From the human T2T-CHM13v2.0 reference genome, Homo sapiens: DNA of 64,000 nt. Positions 43,467 through 57,020 of the stretch are shown here, piece after piece (position 1 is the stretch's first letter; each line of letters begins with the position of its first letter). The notes under the pieces are model-generated. The model was given only the letters and a program-made list of their open reading frames with translations, ran no database searches and was not told the origin of the DNA. Where the stretch lies: positions 18,144,001 through 18,208,000 of the forward strand of contig CP068257.2 of NCBI GenBank assembly GCA_009914755.4, given 5' to 3'. The position numbers were made by a program, and so were the translations under genes.

Positions 43467-46400
43467 TGTGTAAGGACAGAATTAAGCACAAACCAAAAAG
43501 GGAAGTACAATCCCTCTTCTAGAAGGATATAGATTGCGCATTACAGGAACTACAGAAACTAGCTAATTTTTACTGGTAGAAGCTATTGGACAATATGTAA
43601 GCATTGATATTGAGTATATTCATCAAAAGGGTATAAAATAAGGCTAACAGTAGATAATCTCATGATTTTGGAGTGAGGCATAACCATGATAAGATTCCTA
43701 GGATATCCTAACAACCTATTAGGATGGCTAGTAGAATCTTGCTCTCATTTATAGCAAATTAAGAATAAAGGTGCTTATTTCATTGACACAGCAATGAGAA
43801 TGAAATCAGAAGGCTCTCAGAATATAGAATAAAAAAATAGAATTAATCCTTAAGAGCTAAGAACCCACCATGAGTCTTCTTCCTCAGAATAGCCTAAATA
43901 ATTTTCTGTTTAATATAAAGCAGTAAGGAATGCATTGATAGGGGGTGCTATGATCCTAATGAGGACTATGTTTCCTGCCAGGAAAAACCAAATGGCTGCA
44001 TGACTGGGATTGTCCGTTTTTTAGGTCTGTTTTATTATGTTTATTTTGGCATAATAGAATGGATGGATCTATTGTGAAATTTGCATGACACAGTAGAAAG
44101 ATTTCTTTCAAGAATATCAGACAACATGCTTAAGCTGCATGAACAAGTGACCCTGATGTCTATGTCCCCTATCTCTTAGTACAAATGACCTATCTTCATC
44201 TCATGGTTATGGTTTCATGGGGTTCCCAACTGACGGAGTAGGATAAACCTCAGCCTGACTCACAGATGGATTATTGCAATATGTTTGTGACAGGTGAAAG
44301 AGGATTGCTGCCTCATTGCAACTCCAGAAATGAGTGGTATTAAAGTACAGTTATAAGGGGCATCATTCCAATGGGCAAAGCTGTGTGCAGTTACTTAGCT
44401 GTCACTTCCTATGAGAGAGAAGTAGACATAGATATATGGGTATACCTGGACTCTACGGCAGAAGTAAAGTGTTTGGTCCGTTAGTCTGGACCTGGAAAGA
44501 CAAGAGAAGAAAATTGAAAAGTAACAATTCATAGCTCAAAGGAAAGACCCGTGGGAGTGGGCACAAAGCATGTCAATATGTGGATCTTTATTTTTCATGT
44601 CAATGCCTGCAACAATGACAAATACTGTAACTTTCAGTGAGCCTTTCTTCTTAGCCCACCCATGTTTGGGCAATAGCCCAGGGACAGTAAGATCATTGTG
44701 AAAGATGGAGTCAATGCATAATATATGTATTAGCACCTGTGAGCTGATCTAGCTAACTGCTACAGCTGAATGGACATGCTGCCTTTGGCAGAGACCAATG
44801 GTGTGCCTCAGTATGGCATCATTTCTCAGAAAGCTTGGTCATAAGCTTAGCTTTACATCGCTTGTTTCAAACACTTTCCCCTGATAAGAAAGAGGCAGTA
44901 ATTCATACTCACTAAAACCTTTACTTACTCTGGATATGAGCTTACCTTACCATCTCACAGTCCCTCTGTCAACACCACTCCAAAATGCTTGATAATTAAA
45001 CTGTCTTCTTATTAGTTCTCCCTCCTTCCCTTCTACCTTGCTCTCTGCTTTCAGCTCAGGTGTTTAGGATTGCACTCTCTAATGAAATGGCAACACAAAA
45101 ACTTTTAACCTCAGGCTCTGTGTGCTGGGGGACTTGGATTAAAACAGAAAGTATTTGACAACTTTAATCATTCTTAGCAATCATATAAAAATTCTTTATT
45201 TTAGGTCACCATCTTCTCTTTCAAATTATGGTGGCAATCCTCTGTAGTCTTTACTTTGCATTCAAATTCACCTTCCTATAACTGAAATGTGATAGTTATC
45301 TTACATACAAATTTAAAATGATTATTTTAAGTAATAACGATCTTACTGTTCATTATTGCAGGATAAAATCCCAGCTTCATAGCACAGCATACATGGCCTT
45401 CCGTCCTTCAGAAAAAGTTCAGATTAACCTCATAGGCTGTTTATCCCCCATCAGTGACTCTGACGCTTACTTGCCGGTTTAGAATTTTTCAGATATTCTA
45501 CTTTCTTTGCCTAAACAAAGCCCTTTATACTCATGATTTCTGGGTACCTACCTCATGACACTCATAACTTATCCTAGATAGAATATCCTAAAATTTTTGA
45601 GAATGATCAGGGCCAAGTTACATGTACCTCATCTGTTCTTCCATCACACATGGACATTTCCTAATCACAAGATTTAGCACACGTAATTTTATTGAGTTTT
45701 TTTGCCTATTATGAAAAAGGTGGAGAGAAACCATAAGAATGCATTATTTTTGTTGCATGATTTTATTTTTGTCTTTTTTTTTTTTGCTTAATTTGATAAA
45801 TCTTGTCGTTGAGGGAAGAAAATATCTTTTAAGGGTGGGGACTTAATATTTTTTCTGAAGAGCTTATATATTTTAAAGTACCACATTTCTGACATGTAAA
45901 CATCAGAGCTGCATAGAACTTATTTTCTCACATTTGAAAAGGGATAGCCCTCTTAAGAGGTACCATATTAATTTGTATTGATTATTCACTTTTTTCATAA
46001 ATTAGTTTACAGAATTTTTCTAAGCATAATTGGAGTATACATGGAACAGAAGAGAAGAGCATGACGTGCTGGAAAAACTTAGTAACAGGAGATGACAAGG
46101 AGAGATTATAAATTAGAGAAAACACAGGAGATTGAGGAGACAAACACTATCTCACAGATACATCAAGACAGACCCTAGAATTAGAGTAAATGTCAAGATG
46201 TTTGTTAAATTAGTTTACAAAATGAAACTCAATGATATTATGTTAACTACTTACTGGTTTTGGAAAAACAATTCATATGTATACACAGAGAGAGAAAGAA
46301 ATGAGGTGTGGGGGTGTGTATGCGTAATAGACACGGAAGGATTTGCAAAGAGAAACTGTAAAAAGAGCGTGCATTGCCTCTCCTGACGGCTAGACCTGAA

Positions 46401-47744
46401 GACCAAATTCTCTTTCCATTCCATTTTATGTCACGATTTGTTTATGGCAGGAAAACAAGTTTCTTTTTTTGAAGTATTTTCTGAAACATACTAGCAAAGA
46501 CTCACAGATCATATGGACCAATCAGAGGTCACTATCAAGGAGAAGAAAATTAACAAGGAACATTGCTAGAAACATTTACACTGTAGCCTGTAAAACAACA
46601 ATAACAATAAAACAAAAGGAAAAGAAACAAACACAAATGCAAAACCAAAGGAAAAGCAAACCAAGAAGTCAGTTTGAGCAATCCCATTCCTTCCCTCAGA
46701 AAATAAAATAATGACATCAACATCTCAACAAAAACAACAATAGTAGTGGTAGTTGTAGTAACAGCAGTAGAACGACTAATAGTTTCATAATATTCATAAT
46801 AACAGAATGTAATAGTAACAGTAAATAACTTATATGTGCAGAATTTAACAATATTTTTATATATTTAAGCATATTAGTTATCTGTGGAAGAGAATCTTAC
46901 CTCAAGTTATATGTCAAATACTGCCAAAATGTAAGGGCTCAGATATGTGCATAAAACTGATAACAGACCCACGAGGGTTTATGCCAAGTCATAAGTAAAG
47001 AGTTAAGAGAAGTTGAAGGTCTCTCTTCAGACTGTGGATAACATTTCTTTCTGATCTACAGCAGCCACTCATTTGGTTACTGAGTGAAAAAAAAAATGCA
47101 ATGATTATTTCTGCTGAAGACATGTATTATGGAAATTAAGTATCACAAATTATTTTACATTATATATTAGTGGATAAGCCCAAGAAATAAAAAGTCTTAC
47201 AAATTATCAAGTCAGATGCTTTGAGAATCATTTATATCCATACAATGAGTAGCTAGTGCTACAAGTTTTTTTTAAAACGAACAAATAATAGGGTTAAGTG
47301 GAGCATTTGGCTCTCTATTAAGAAGAGTCTGCATCATATTAGATATCTTAATCTGTCATAAATTGCTTCCTGTACCAAAGTTTCCAGAAATTTTAAACAT
47401 TGGTCAGTCAAAAAATTACAAATAAAAGTAACTAGCAAATGTATTCAGCAGCTTCTTCCACATGATTTTAAAGTTAAATACATAAACCAAGAAAAAGCAC
47501 ACCGAGATTTTCACTTTATCACTAAATTAGAAGAAATTTTGCTAACTTCCTTATTCTCCTTCTTATGACTTAAAATTTTTTTCATGAAAAATATTGATAA
47601 CACAGAACATCTAGACCTCTGTGGGGCTTGATGATTGTCAGAAATAACTTTACTCTTTGTGTCACAATTATAAACTATATGCAGACATTTCATTCCATGA
47701 GAATTTTAATCTTTTTAATTTATAAAAATATTAATAATCACTAC

Positions 47745-47830
47745 TTTTTTGTCTTTTTTTATTTGTATAAAGTTAGGGGGTACAAATGAAGTTCTGGCAC
47801 ATGGATACATTATGCAGTCTTGTAGTCTGG
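47745..47830 (-). mobile_element. Possible short 3'-terminal fragment of an older L1 (L1PB/L1MA-like)
   Basis: ttttttgtctttttttatttgtataaagttagggggtacaaatgaagttctggcacatggatacattatgcagtcttgtagtctgggtcttttgac resembles the reverse complement of old-L1 3' termini. It is short and diverged. Confidence 0.3.
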
Positions 47831-49789
47831 GTCTTTTGACTAAACTATTAATAACTAATGGTGAATATTACAAATATTAGATACTGTTATACAATTGAAA
47901 CTGCATCACCGTAGATATAGCAAAACAGAAAAGGATTGGAATAAACACAAAATAATACAATGCTCTAAAAGATGAGATCATTGACCCCTATTCATTTAAA
48001 TTTATGTGCACAAATATTACTGTTTTGATATAAAATAATTTTCAAAAGCAATAACTAATTCACTGAACAAATAAGGATGGAAACTTGCTAGTTTCTGCAT
48101 GTGCTTACCTTCCAGATGTGCTTGCTCTTCATGTTATGTTTGTTATCAGTATATGTTTATTAAATTGAGCTATAATATGCCTTAGATATAATTATATTTT
48201 AGTAGCATGAGTCATTAGCAAAACTTACATTATCATAATTTTGAATATATATATATTTCTAGACTATTATAGTAAATATATGTTTCAATGTATATATATA
48301 TATACACATTTAGTCAAATATATGGATAGACACATAAAAATGCATACATTCTTACTGAAACAAAAAATCACACATACATTGTTATACTTAATCAAGAACA
48401 AGAAATTTGCTTTTTAATTTCATGTTACAAATTTTATGACTTTATAATTGACAGAGATGATCAAAAGCTGTCATCTATCCAAACAATATTTGTGATCTGA
48501 AATTAAAAAAAAAAAATCTGTAGGAATTATTCCTTCTGGAAAAGAAATATCACTTATAGTCTCAGAAGTCATTAAAAAGTTCTTGGCAATGAAGTTTAAT
48601 ATAAGAGTACCTTGAATAAGGACTTAATTTTAAGTAGAAAAGCTCACAAATATATTAAAAGATTATGAGGTTCTCACTGGAGCAAAATAATATGAGAATA
48701 GAAAATTTTGTTCCTCTTTATTAATAAGCTTTTTTGTAACCACCTGGCATTTGGCAGTCAGTTCTTGAAACAAATCAGTATCACTTACAGAAAACATAAA
48801 CAATGGAATTTAATCAAGATTAATTGTGAGTTTGTGTTTCACTCCAGAAATACTATAATAGTCAAAAGTACGAATAAAGCTATTCCTCTCTTTTTATGGC
48901 AGTAAAATAGAAAGAGATGAATGCTTTAAGTGTAATTCTGCCTGTGGTTTCAGTAGTTTTGGACAGGAAATCAGTCGTCAATCTAGTTTAGAAACTTTTG
49001 TGCATATATATATATGTGGACAGATGATAGATAGATGCCTTTATATACATTTAAATATGTAAATGTGTTACGTAATACTTAATCTAGAATAAGAAATTTG
49101 CTAATGTTGAATAGTTTCTTCAGTTTAAAATAAAACTGACTTTTATATATGAGAACAATTAAATCATATTGAAAAATGGTGTTTGGGATTACAGATAATT
49201 TTGGAACTCAGTATATAATAGAAATTAGCTTTGTCATGAGTAAGAATATTAATAAATGTTCAAATATCTCTAAGTATCAAATTAGTTCAAGTGATTAAGA
49301 TTGACGAAACTACATGCTAACCTCCAGCAGTAGGGCTGCGCTTCTGATTTGAATAACAGAATAAATGACAGTATTAGTTTCATATTACTTTGCAACAAAT
49401 TACCACAAACTAGTGAATTAAAATGATAGTTATCTATTATCTTGCAGTTTCTGTAGGTCATAGAACCCATATGGTTGAGTTCTCTATTCAGAACCTCACT
49501 GTCCTGAAGTCAACATGTTGGCCAGGTCTGTGGTCTCATGTGAGCATTAGGTTCTTCTTTCATGCCCACTCAATTTGTTGGCAGAGTTGAGTTTCTTGTG
49601 GTTGTAGCAAGGAAGTACATATTTTCTTGCTGGCTGTAAGCCTAGGGTTGGTCTCAGCTACTAAAAGCCACTTTTGGGGTCTCCCTTTTCACAAGCTGTT
49701 CATAACTTAATTGTTGACATTCTTTCTGGGCAGTAGAGAGCATCTGCTGCTGCTTCCTCTTTCTTTAAAAAGTGCACGTGATCAGGTCA

Positions 49790-50230
49790 AGCCCACCCCA
49801 AACAATTTCCCTTTTAGTTAACTCAAGTAAATTGATTACAGACCTTAACTACTATGTAAAATGTATTTTGCCATTGTATCAGTTTGCTTGGGATGCTGTA
49901 AGAGAATCCCATAGACAGGGTAACTTAAAAAACAAATATTTATTTTTACAGTTCAAAAGGTAGAGGAGTCCAAGATTAATGGGCCAGCAAATTAGGAACT
50001 TGGTGAAGGCTATTTTTCCGGCTTCTTGCTGTAGTCTGACGTGGCAGAGAGTGAGAGAGCTCTAGCCTCCCCCTCTTCTTATAAGAACATTATTCGCACA
50101 TTGGGGGCCCTGTACTCATGACCTCATCTAAACTTAATCATCCCCCAAAGCTCCACTTCCAAATATCATCACATTGGGGGTTACAGCTTCAAAATATGAA
50201 TGTTGGAAGGGACACAAATATTTAGTCCAT
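49790..50230 (+). mobile_element. MLT1-like (MaLR) LTR, possibly preceded by a small fragment of the 42999-type repeat
   Basis: ...tatcagtttgcttgggatgctgtaagagaatcccatagacagggtaacttaaaaaacaaatatttatttttacagttcaaaaggtagaggagtccaagattaa...cttcttataagaacattattcgcacattgggggccctgtactcatgacctcatctaaacttaatcatcccccaaagctccacttccaaatatcatcacattgggggttacagcttcaaaatatgaatgttgg. Confidence 0.55.
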
Positions 50231-50446
50231 AACATCCATGCAGCAGATTATAATTATGAGAGTGATATCTCATTATATTCACAGGCACTCTCTGCATTCA
50301 AAGGAAAGGGGTATTACACTGCATATGTACATCTGGGGACAGAAATTCTGGAGGTAATTGTGGAATTAGGCATAAGAAATTAGCTTTTTACTTTGTCAAT
50401 TACCAGTTAAGTCAACATCAAAGCTGAGTCAATCAAGGGATCCAAG

Positions 50447-50580
50447 CCAAAAATTCAAAAAGCAGAAAACAAGTAGATAAATGGAATATAGAGATAGAGA
50501 AGGGAGAAAAGAGTGAGAGAAAAAAGAGAAATAAGAAGTGGAAAGAAAGAGAAATAAATATAAAAGTGAAACAAAAAATA
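50447..50580 (+). repeat. Polypurine (A/G-rich) tract of about 130 bp
   Basis: gcagaaaacaagtagataaatggaatatagagatagagaagggagaaaagagtgagagaaaaaagagaaataagaagtggaaagaaagagaaataaatataaaagtgaaacaaaaaat. Confidence 0.9.
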
Positions 50581-50825
50581 TAATTATGATTGAGGTAATA
50601 ACCAGGATAAAGGCACTGGACAGAATACTCTAGTGTGACCATCTATGTTGTAATTTTATACTTATCAACATGATTCAAAATATTTAATAGTCTGAACAAA
50701 AAGACCTATACTATTTTCTTGTTTGTTGTAATTATTGAAAAGTTTATAATCAGATATTTCCTTATTTTACTAAAAAATAACACACTGGCTCACTGTTGTT
50801 GTCACTAATAACATCACCACCACCA

Positions 50826-51000
50826 CAATCTTTTCCCTCTACACCTTTTTATCTTCTACCTCCTTCTCCTCCTCACCTCATTCCTCTTTTCTTTATATTC
50901 TTTCTCCTCCTCCTTATCCTCCCTCCTCTTCTTCCCTTTTCCACTTCTCCTTCCTTTCCTCTTTTTTCCTCCTTCTTTGTCCTTTTTCTTCTTGTCTGTC
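50826..51000 (+). repeat. Polypyrimidine (C/T-rich) tract of about 175 bp
   Basis: caatcttttccctctacacctttttatcttctacctccttctcctcctcacctcattcctcttttctttatattctttctcctcctccttatcctccctcctcttcttcccttttccacttctccttcctttcctcttttttcctccttctttgtcctttttcttcttgtctgtc. Confidence 0.9.
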
Positions 51001-52903
51001 ATTATCATCAGCAGTATATCATAATCACTCCAGATAACCTGAGAGCCATGCTTGACCCTTCTCATTCAACACCATGTTCAACTGATCAATAAGCTCTGTC
51101 AACTCTGATTGCTAAATATCGTGGATGTAAAATACTGACTTCTCATAAATACTTCTAGTTTCTTAACTAATGCTTACATTGTTTGCATTATATTTTCCAT
51201 GTCTGGTCTTATACTACTAAAATCTATTCTCTAAGGCAATAAATCCACCATTTTATTTCTCCCCACTTAGAATAATATAGTTTCCCCATAGTGGAAACAT
51301 CATTTAACCTTTTTTTATAACTTGGTTTTTTGTTTACCTCCTAAGTTTTGAATCTGTTTTAAACCCTGTGCTTCATATTGTTCCTGTATAGATCCTGAGT
51401 GTCACACTATTTATAATCTACTTTTATTTGTACATCTGCTCTCCTTTCTCTTGAGTGCTTTTTGTATGGTATAGAGGGTTGAATTGTGTCCTGCAAAATG
51501 ATACATTCAAGTCCTGACCCTTGCAACCTAAGAATAAACATTATTTGGAAATAAATTACTTGAAGATATAATCAAGTTAAAATGAGATTATGCTGGATTA
51601 GAACTGTTCTTAAATCCAATGACTGGTATCCCAATAGAAGAGAAGAGTAAACACACCGGGAAAAAGGCCATCTGACGATGGAGGAAGAGACTGGTGTAAA
51701 GCAGCTACAAGTTAAGGTACACCAAGGATTTTTGAGAGCCATCAGAAACTACAAAGTCGGAAGAAAGGGATATTTGCAAGAGCCCTCAGGGGCTCTTGAT
51801 CCTGTTGCCACCTTGAGGACTTTGAGAGAATAAATTTCTATTGTTTTAAGTCACCAAGTTTCTGGTAATTTATTACAAAAATCCTAAGAAACTAATATAT
51901 ATGGATAACTTCTTTTGGTTTTCAAAACTTAATTCAGTTGTTACCTATACTGGGAAATTATCACGACTTCCTCACTCTGAATTAAATCTCTTTCTATATG
52001 CATAACCCATTCATACACTATCATATAGTATAGGAGGAGTATTTCTTTGTTTGCTTGTTTACCTACACAGGTTGCTTCATGAGCTCTTTCAGCAGGATCC
52101 TGTTTTCAACACAGTGACTGGGACTCAATAAACACGAAATAAGATGAGTTTGAGTAAATAACTAAATCCATTAAATGCCTCATACAATGCGCTTGGCACT
52201 AAGATACAGAAATACGTAGGGTAATCTCAGTAAACATCCTCCAACACCCTCTACTCTCTTCCCCAACTCAAGCAGTGACCAGATCTCATTTATTAAAAAC
52301 TAAATTCTTCTTTTTCAGCTCAGAGTAATGTTTCTATATAGTCATTTTGAACTTTCAAGATTATTTTTAACTCCATTCATGGTATCTTAAAGAAACAAAA
52401 TTCCTAGTTTTGTTTCTTTAGTTAACTATTTAACCGTAACATTTGCCTTGAAATGGTTCCATCACTTCCACCATTCAGGCTATGACATGAAACTGTTCTC
52501 TAGAGCAGCTGCATCATGGAGTAATGCCTAAGCCATTTGAAATTTTGAGTAATTCAAGGGAACCCTGTTGGTCTGGCCTGGTGCAAGTTTATTGACTCTT
52601 AATTGCATTGGGTGAGGGGAGAGGGAAGAAGAGAAGTGAGACTCAAGAGGCAATTCTCGGGTTCTCTCAGGAACTGCAATATAGATTCCATTTATTCATT
52701 TTGGCAGTTATAAACATAAGTATCTAAAAGGATTTGGGGAAGAAAGAGTTATTTGTTGCCTAATTCCAAAGCACTAGAGAAAGCATGTTTTACTTTCACT
52801 TTGTCAAAGTACTTATAAAAGTTACATTAAAAAATAACTTTGAGTAGCCCACATATCCTCACATAAAGCCTGACTGTGTAAGTGAGCCATAGTATGGGAT
52901 TAA

Positions 52904-53142
<239 letters not shown>

Positions 53143-54689
53143 AGATGACTGAAAACTCTTAAAGAGCCCTCAAGATGATTCAAGTCCTTTATCTAGAAGT
53201 ATTTACAAAAAAAAGATGAAGTTTATTTGCAGTAACTTTAGGTGGCAATATAATACTTAGGGGCATTTTGGGGTTTGGGGAAGCTATCAGAGAGGCCAAT
53301 TATTAGAAACAAAAGAGATGACAGTGAGTAGGTAAGTGGAATCTAAGACCAAGATTCTCTCATTTTAGAGATAAGACCAAGACCACCATCACACGCATAA
53401 GAGGTCATATGTGAAATGGTTTTTGATACCCTTACTCTATGTTAATACTTGTTACCAAAATAAAACCATAGCAATAATAAGACTCAGAGAAACATATTTT
53501 ATCTTTTTGAAACTATGAATCAACTTCATCTAACTAATGGTCACTTTTGTGCGTGTGTGAACTATTTTTTGGCTAGATGTAACATACTCAGTTTAATTTA
53601 GCATTTGTACAGATTTCTCATCTTCACTGACACTGTAAAGTGAGCATGGGGTGGGGAAACCTAATGATACTCATTTGAAAAAGAGATGGGGATGAATTCT
53701 CTTTCAACTAAGATGTAAGATTCAGGTTTTCTCCAAGATTGTGTAAGATGGTAGATCAAAGAAGTGATTTAGTAAATATTGCTGTAATATTTCATAGTGG
53801 TCTAAAACTTTGAATTTGAAATAGAAATCAAGTTCATTACATCCTTTTATAGTAATAATGTATCATTTTAATAGTAAAGTTCCTAGACACCTGTCAGACC
53901 AAACAACGGTAATTTCAGTGCTTCATGCCAATTGTATTAATCGATATAATTATACTTTTCTGACTATTCTTGAGTATAAATGCAAAAAGAATGAGGAAAG
54001 AATTGTCGTAATAGTGATGGGGAAATATTTATGTCACCTCCAATATGTAATAAGTACATGAGTACCTGTTTATTTATAATATACATTTTGCATTAATATG
54101 GTACAAGGAAGCACCACTAATATAAGAAAGACCTACTGAAATATCTTTAAAAAAAAACAGAAATACTAACCAAATGCATTTTCATATATTAAAAGTGCAT
54201 GTCTGAGAGAAGATTCTGGAAAGATGGAGTAGAAAGAAACAGGAGTCTGTCTGCCTATCTAGACAACAATTGAACTGGCAGATTCAATTGATACGATATA
54301 TGGCTATTGATATATGACTATTCTGGAACTTTGGAATCTATTGAAAAATTGTAACTTCTGGAGGAACCTTGGATGGTAAATTAAGTTAATTTTGGTCAGT
54401 TTCAACCCCTGGCATAGTAGCAGCTACCCATTCTCCACCCAAGCCCTGTGGCAGGTAGTTGTACACAGGTTCCTGAAACAGCTTGCATGTAGTTTGCAGG
54501 GTCAGGGTGGCAAAAAATGATGCTATTCTCCAAAGATTGGGTATTTGTCTCTGTTCACTGATTGTTGCTTCGGATCACTGAAGTTCACACAAAGAGGCAG
54601 ATGATCATTATTTTTACACTTCCTCCTCTGGCTGAAGTGAGTTCCAAGGGATTTAAGGGTTTGACACTCTTTTTCTCCCTTAATCTTTC

Positions 54690-57020
54690 TCTTTTTTCAA
54701 TTTTGGGAGCCAGACATTAAAGACTAGGACATTCAAAAGTGACTGCATATGAAGAAAAAATAGGAAGTTAATAAAAATGCCCAAAGAAAGGCATAGGATC
54801 AGAGACAACCTGAGAAGACCTTAAATACACACTTTAGGCTGATTCCTGGGACAAAGGCAGCCTACAAGCAATCAAAACAAAAGGCAATTAAAAACAAATA
54901 GCAACCAAGCAAAAACAATAAATGCAGGAAAGTGGGGGCAGAATCTGATTTCTAGAGTTGCCACATTGTTAGATTTAAATGTCCACTTTTTGATCATAAA
55001 TCACAGTGCACACAAAGACACAGGAAAGTATGTCTCATTAAAATAAATAAATATACATAAATAAACAGGAACTGTTCCTGAAAAAGATCCGATGGCAGAT
55101 CTACTAGACAAAGGTTTTAAAACAATTATCTTAATGAGTAATGATGCTCAAATATCTAAAGAAAAATATGGATAAAGTCAAGAAAATGATGTATAAACAA
55201 AATAAAGATATCAACAAAGAGAGAGAATCTAAAAAGAAACTGAAAATAAATTCTGAATCTGAAAAGTACAATATCTGAAATGAAATATTTACTAGCTAGA
55301 TCAAAGTGTACATTTGAACAAATACAGAATTGGTAAACTAGGATATGGGAGAATGATAATTACTGAGTCTGAAGAATGGAAAGAAAAAAGATTGAAGAAA
55401 AGTGAGCAGAGCCTCAGAGACCTGTAAGACACCATCAAGCAGATCAACATACACACTGTGTGAATTCCAAAAGGAAAAGAGAGAGAAAAAAGGGTGGGAG
55501 AGTATATGAAAAAATAATGTTTGAAAATTTCCCAAATTTGACAAAAGACATCAAACATCCAAAAAGCTCAATGAACTCCAGGAAAAATGAACTCCACACC
55601 AAGACATTGTAATCAAATATTTGAAAGCCAAAGACCAAAAAAGAGTATTGAAAGTAGAAAAAAATAAAAAAGCAACTGATCACGTACAAGGCAGTCTTAG
55701 TAAGATCATTATCAGATTTCTCATCAGAAACTTCAGAGGCCAGAAGATAGCAGGCTAATAAATTTAAACTGCTGAAAGAGAAAAATAAAACCTGTTAAGT
55801 TAGAATTCTATATCTGTCCTTCAAAAGTAAGGGAGAAATTAAGGCATTTCCAGATAAACAAAATCAGAGGGAGTTCATTACCTGTAAACCTGCCGGGAAT
55901 ACATTCAGGATGAAATGAAAAGACACTAGGTTGTACCTTGAAAAAAAAAAAAAAAAAAGATTTCAGTAAAGGTAAATACATGAGTGATTATAAAAGCTAG
56001 TATTATTGTAATAATAATTTGTAACTCTACTTTTTTCTTTCTACATGATTTAAGAGACTAATAGATTAAAAATTATTTGTCTAAAAGCTATTAAAATTTA
56101 ACTTTGATTTTTAACTCCACATTTGGTTTTCTACAAAATTTAAGAAACAAAAGTATATAAAAGAGTTATTAATTTATGCTTTCATACACACAATGTGTGA
56201 ATATATAACCTTATGACATCAACAACAGAAGGGTGGTAATGAGGCTGTAAAGGGGCAGAGTATTCATATGCTACTGATGTTAAGTTGGTATAAATTCAGA
56301 TTAGAGTGTTATAATATTAGGATGCTAAATGTAACCCTCATGGCTACCACAAAGAAATTTACTATATGATATACACAAGAGAAGATAAAAAGAAATTTAA
56401 ACATTTCACTACAAAAAAATTCAACAAAACACAAAGATAGTAACGCAAGAAATGAAAAACAAAAAAGCCATAAGATATACAAAAAATAGCAAAATGACAG
56501 AGGTAAGTCTCTCATTATCAATAATTATTTTAACTGTAAATTGATTAACCTCTTCCTTTGAAATACAGAGATTGGCAGAATCGGTAAAAACACATAATCC
56601 AACTATATTCTGTCTATAGGAGACTTATTTTAGATATACATGCAATGGAATATTATTCAGTCTTACAAAGAAAAGAAATTCCGATGTATGCTACAATGTG
56701 GATAAACTTTGAGGAAAATATGCTCTGTGAAATAAGTTAGTCACAACACACACAAATACTGCATGATTACACTATGTGCAGGACTTAGAATAGCAAAATC
56801 ACAAACACAGAGATTTGAAGGATGGCAACCAGGGGCTGAAAGGAGGGGAATTAGGGAAGTTTATCTTTAAAGATGAAGTTTTAGAAGATGAAAAGAGTTA
56901 TGGAGATGGATGGTGGTGATGGTTACACATTATAAATATACACTTAAAAATAATTAACATGTATAGTATATGATACACACACTTGATGACAATGCTTTTT
57001 TTTGGAAAAAAAATTCATGT
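54690..57020 (+). mobile_element. Ancient L1 (L1M-type). It carries an ORF1 remnant, the inter-ORF region and the first 100-200 bp of ORF2. An internal deletion then joins these directly to the ORF2 C-terminus and 3' end. The 5' boundary is uncertain, and 5'-UTR-like sequence may extend back to about 54180.
   Basis: ORF1-like translation: ...KRLKKSEQSLRDL.DTIKQINIHTV.IPKGKERKKG...ENFPNLTKDIKHPKSSMNSRKNELHTKTL...LSDFSSETSEARR.QANKFKLLKEKNKTC.VRILYLSFKSKGEIKAFPDKQNQREFITCKPAGN. At 56520-56640, ctgtaaattgattaacctc...agagattggcagaatcggtaaaaacacataatccaactatattctgtctataggagacttattttagatatacatgcaatggaatattattcagtc is the L1 ORF2 start spliced to the ORF2 C-terminus. At 56640-56990, ...gaggaaaatatgctctgtgaaataagttagtcacaacacacacaaatactgcatgattacactatgtgcaggacttagaatagcaaaatcacaaacacagagatttgaaggatggcaaccaggggctgaaaggaggggaatt... 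is the classic L1 3' end. Confidence 0.75.
54777..55925 (+). pseudogene. L1 ORF1 remnant with multiple stops and frameshifts
   Basis: ATG at 54777 (aaaATGcccaaagaaaggcataggatcagagacaacctgagaagacc encodes MPKERHRIRDNLRR). Downstream frames match L1 ORF1 coiled-coil, RRM and C-terminal domain motifs. Confidence 0.7.

Noticed and set aside
44200-44760. Short ORFs whose translation (GIIPMGKAVCSYLAVTSYEREVDIDIWVYLDSTAEV...) faintly recalls a retroviral RNase H/integrase motif (…YTDS…)
   Set aside because: The resemblance is a 4-5 residue coincidence, and the ORFs are under 70 aa with flanking stops. There is no LTR or other ERV context that I can see, and the call cannot be supported by eye.
55940-55958. 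A19 run that could mark the 3' end of a separate retroposon
   Set aside because: Sequence on both sides aligns colinearly to L1M (ORF1 C-terminus, then the inter-ORF region). The A-run is therefore internal to one L1 copy, either an A-rich L1M segment or slippage, rather than a boundary.
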